Source: Malacoraja senta | Taxonomy: Eukaryota | NCBI GenBank assembly: GCA_038087875.1 | Contig: CM075998.1 | Coordinates: 930,001 to 994,000, forward strand | Length of the DNA: 64,000 bases | Reading direction: 5' to 3' | Shown here: piece by piece, positions 59,347-64,000 of the stretch | Layout: every line of letters begins with the position of its first letter | How positions within the stretch are numbered: the stretch's first letter is position 1 | Translations under genes and position numbers: made by a program | Notes under the pieces: generated by a model | What the model was told of the DNA's origin: nothing | Databases searched by the model: none | The model's input: only the letters and a program-made list of their open reading frames with translations

Positions 59347-61064
59347 GTAAGTGTTCCGGGGGGAGAATCTGCCTCCATCTGCCGGTTAATCGGTGTGCAC
59401 TGGTCGTAAACTTCGCGTTGGGAGGGAAAGGGGGACGCGATGAACGCGGCGGTGTGAACATTTCCTGGGGAAAGTGGCTGAATGACAGAAGCGATTGAGG
59501 GGGAAATGTGTGGGGCTGAGGGGAGGGGAGGGGAGTGATCTCGTGGTGGCCCGGCGGCGCCGGCAGCGGTTTAACGGGGGCAGGGGGCTGGAGAGGAGCC
59601 TCCTATTCGTAAGGCTTTTGCTTGAATTTGCTGTTTGATTACTTGTTTGTGTTTAATGGTTTCTTTACATGTAAATGGTTTTGCAGCTTTGAATGTGGGG
59701 AGGTAGGCCGCGAAAAGTTGTCTCGGTCGTCTCTCAGTGTTGGAATCCGCGCTTGTAACATTATTTTTTTTACGCTTTTGATGAATAATTCCTTTCCTCG
59801 TATAAAACGGTGCCCTCGACTGTCCTTTCAGACTGTTAAGTTTAAGGGGTGGGTGAGAATCGCATTTCATATTTTGTTAATCCCCTTTCTGACTTTTAGG
59901 CTGTTCTGCGTTATCTTCTAAAATAATTGTGTCTTTATGCTAACTCTGGCAGTTAAATAGTAACACTAGAGAATGTACCACATCTTTGCACATGGTAAAC
60001 CCCTGTTAAAATAATATGTTTTTTTACAAATACCCAAAAGCTATGGTATGTTTTATAAGGCTAAATGAGTTCGCTCTTCAAGTATAACATAAAGTAATTG
60101 ATTATAGTGAAGTTTGACATTACTAGGTTAAGCTTCCATGCTGGAATGTTGCACTAATTTACTGGCCATGTTTGGCTCATTAAGTTGAATCTATTCGTAT
60201 GAGTAAGAACAATAATCTTGGAATTTGTGTGTATCCAACCACGGAGCTGCCAAGGCAAATTCCTGCAGCCAGAAGTGGAATGATGTGAGGAATTGCTGTT
60301 CTCTTGGTATCCTTCCCACTTGTAGTGCTGCTTCACTTGCACGTGAACTTTTAAGTTGAAAATAAAAACAAGAAACCCCCTGATGGGCTGGGCAGCATTT
60401 ATAAGAAATATGATTTCAAATGAAATCCTCCTTTGTCTGAAGGGTCTCGACCCTAAAAGTCACCCATTCCTTCTCTCCAGAGATGCTGCCCGTCCTGCTG
60501 AGTTACTCCAGCTTCTTGTCTCTATTCTCCTTTGTAAGAATGTTTTGTCTTGAGGTTGTTGACCTAAACTGTTTCCCTGTCACACGCCATACTGAGAATT
60601 TCAGCATGTTCTGTGTATATTTCTGAACCGTCAACATATGTACGCTCTCTTTTTTTAACAATCAACTTTTAATTTGGAATGAACCTTACTACTCGTGATT
60701 TAATTGAACCAGGATGAAGGTCTCATGATTTGAAGCACTTTGCTGAGTTTAGGGATGAGATAGCAATTTTGGACTCGGGCACTAGTCTAAATTTGGCTAG
60801 CCTTAGCTGTAAATTTCGCAATAGACTTTAAAGGATATTAATGAACTAAAATGACACATTCCCCTGAATTCAATGTTTTTTCCTTGCGAAGCTGCTGCCT
60901 TCCTTTACACTATGAATAATACAACAAACTCATCGCTTCTATATCAATTCTTCCCCACCACCAGCTGAGGTAAATTTGTTTCCAATGCTGCCTTTTCTGC
61001 CCAGCCTGACAGTGCTGCTCCATGGGTGCTCATGATTAATAGCAAATGCTTTAGATCTAACTGA

Positions 61065-61175
<111 letters not shown>

Positions 61176-63020
61176 TGACATGGATCCTCATTTCTGGGTA
61201 TTGTGAATGCCAGTTCATTTTTGGGTCACTCATTTGGGTTCCCTTTGAGCAGTGATCAAGGCTTGATATCTTGTCAATTTCTAAGTCAAACTTTATTAGT
61301 TTAATCCAGAAAGTTTGGTGACCCTGGTCAAATCATTTTTATTATCTTGTTCATTCATTGCTGCATCTAATTTTGCATTCTGTTTCCTCCTTTCTCCTTG
61401 CACAGCCATATAAAAGACTGGTGGTATACCCATCATTTTATCTGTAGTTTATTTGCCATCTTATATGTGGAGTAAGAGCAAATAATATGTTGACAATCCA
61501 TGGTTTCAAGATATTTGAGCTCATTATCTTTTAAGTGACTGTAATGGTAAGTATTGTAACTTGGTCCAATTCCTGAGGGAAGTGGTTTGAAGTTCTTTGT
61601 ATTCCAGCAGTGTGGTTTGGAATTGAATGGCAGGAGCCGTCTATTAATCCTTTGGGAGCTTTTGTATTGCTGTGCAGGAACTGCCTGACTTTGCACCCCA
61701 TCATGTCCTCCTCTATTTGTCGCATCCCTCTGAGGATGGAATGGTGTTGAGCCATTATATAGCAAGGTCACTTGTTCATTCCTCCACTAATCCCAAAATA
61801 ATGTTGGTGCACACACCAACTACTTTTTACATAGATATTTTCAGTTGGTTGTAAAGGAGCCATTTAAAAAAAAAAGTTTAATAAAAATTCCCCCCCCCCC
61901 CCCCCCCCAGTTTTCTAAACCAAGTTCTCTCTGCCCAAATGTATTCCCATTGTGATGAGGCGCACATTGGTGGCTGCTGGCTTTTTAGATTTGTTGTCCA
62001 GCATAGATTTGAGTTATACCGCTTGAAGCTTTGGCGCAACAAAAAAGAGCATTCACTTCTGTAAATCACCATCCATTACTTGCTCATTGCTGTTGAGTAT
62101 CTTGTTTGCACATAGCCGTGGAGCTGCAACACACATTTTGGCTACAAAATGGAAGCAATTGCATTCTGTTCAAGCCTTGAACACTGGTGCATGAAACATG
62201 CTTCATGGTTGGGATTAGGTTGGGTGAGTGATGAGTGCAGTCTACTCTATTCTGGACTCAAATATAAACAAAAGATTTTAACCAGGATTACTAATACGTA
62301 AAACGTTGTATTTTTATTCAAGAGTGAACTTGTGAGTTAGTTGCGATTCATATTTGTGCTTGTTTTTTAAAGAAATCAATTCTGGTACATTGTTTGTAAA
62401 CTAAAGTTTCAATAAGGTGAAGGAATGAAATGTTCCTCATGGATCACTTGAATCTTACAGTAAGAAAATAAGTTGGCTTCAAGATGCACTTTCTAAAATT
62501 GAAATGCCTGTGGGTGTCTTCTTGGTTTGAAATTTTAGATCAATTTGGAAGCTAGCACAATCTTAATCAGTTGGCCGTCAGGCCTCAAGTTTATAAATAT
62601 GCATTTTAAGATCGATTTCCAATTCACATAAATGACACTACAGCCGTGGGCTTTATTGCAGCACGCTCTCTCAAATGAACGTGATGCGCGGAAAGAGTAC
62701 AAGTAAATCTTTCCCTGTATATATTGATGCATGCCTATCTCTTGAGATTTTTCACACTTGGCATAGTAACTTAACGGGTAACTGAGTTCTGGATAGTTTA
62801 CTCAACTTCCATCGTGAAACCATCTTGCTGTTTGTCACCTTGTAGCAGGCACACTTTATTAATGCAATGATGATCAGGTGTTGGGATTTCAACCCCCCCC
62901 CCCCCCCCCCCAAAATCTCGTTGGTGGGTGAAATGGGTCACTCAAACTGTAAGGACCTGCACACCTGAACAGTTTTGGCGCTTTATTGGCTGCTTGTAGT
63001 ACTGTACAAATCCTTTACAG

Positions 63021-63182
63021 CTGAAGATCACAGTGATGTCAACACTTCCCCTGCCCTTGGGGGAGAAAGCACTGTTCTGAGCGGAATTACTCCAGCTACC
63101 GACGCAACCGTTACTGAGCTGGCAAGTGAAGCTTCCAAGATGGAGGCCACCACTGAGAATGCAGTGTCTCGCGAGCCGTCAG
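63021..63182 (+). CDS. NACA: Candidate NACA alternative (skNAC-position) cassette exon, 54 aa Ser/Thr/Ala/Glu-rich
   Basis: Acceptor tcctttacag, donor AG|gtgcgt. 162 nt, phase 1-1, in frame with exon 2: AEDHSDVNTSPALGGESTVLSGITPATDATVTELASEASKMEATTENAVSREPS. Confidence 0.65.
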
Positions 63183-64000
63183 GTGCGTTCTCACCATAAC
63201 TTGTGGGGTACTGACTAGAGAAAAGATGCATCTGCTTGCTAAAAAGTACTGTTATACAATCTTTTTAACAAGTTTTTTTCTTTATCGAAGATATGACAGC
63301 AGTAAGTGTATTGATGCCTCTGACGTGTGCTAGGTTGGGAAGTGAAGTTACATTCGTTTTTAGGACATGGATGCACTTAAAGTTTGCTTTAAGCATGTGC
63401 TATACGTTTTGTGTCATTGATAACTGTCCACACCATGTGGTGTGATTGGCTTAAACTACAAATTTGCGATAGAGATGCACTTGTATTTAAAGTACATTCT
63501 CCTGTCAGGAAGTCAAAAAGCGTTCCATATATTCTGAATCCAATGGAATTATAATGAGTTTGGTATTCCGATAAACACAAGGAATCCTAGGATTTGTCAA
63601 AGGTCATTCGGAAACAAAAGCGAACGCAGTGCTGTACAAACTGTGTATAAACTGTTAACTATTCTACCAATGAATTAATCTAGAATTCTGTCAACTCAAT
63701 AGCTTCCTTTCTTGTTCTGCTGTTCACACACGACTCACACAGTCCCAGTTCTAGTTCAGTTCATTAATCTGCAATTATGAGATATTCAAGAAGTTAAAGA
63801 ATTTTTTATTTTCATTTAATCCTTAGTGTGTTTGCTACTGGAATAAGAAAATATTACTTGTGTTTGAATTTTTTAATCTTTATTCATAATTTATGTGTAA
63901 AAATATATTTAATCTGAGGCATACAGTGACTGTATCAGTGTGATGTGGGCTGATGCTTTATCTACCGGCAGTGTGAATGTACCATTAAGGCAGGGGTCGG

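Noticed and set aside
62860-62975. Possible C/D-box snoRNA in the NACA intron (ATGATGA...CTGA)
   Set aside because: The interior contains a long poly-C run, there is no recognisable rRNA-antisense element and no convincing terminal stem.

Overview
This is vertebrate genomic DNA, most likely a cartilaginous fish (skate/ray-like, inferred from HE1/V-SINE, CR1 and Penelope repeat content). Gene order GPR182-like / PRIM1 / NACA matches human 12q13.3. The left two-thirds is a tandem segmental duplication with a readable 5-bp AAAAA microhomology junction at 19208-19212 (copy 1 about 4195-19212; copy 2 about 19208-40748). The duplication produced two intact but mosaically diverged GPR182 (ACKR5)-like chemokine-receptor genes on the minus strand. 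It also left a destroyed 5' copy of a previously unrecognised multi-exon plus-strand gene. The intact version of that gene (CpG promoter ~26.7 kb, 8 coding exons 31563-50996) can be assembled from splice sites with compatible phases. It encodes a 126-aa coiled-coil protein built from a duplicated exon pair, and its promoter has a germline-like E2F6/E-box signature. To the right are PRIM1 exon 1 (the rest is missing, presumably in a 200-N gap) and the 5' part of NACA with a candidate skNAC-type cassette exon. Transposons include a young CR1 with an intact 968-aa ORF2, Penelope elements whose terminal repeats carry minimal hammerhead-ribozyme motifs, non-autonomous Helitrons, a solo LTR, and RTE, L2, Rex1 and SINE remnants.
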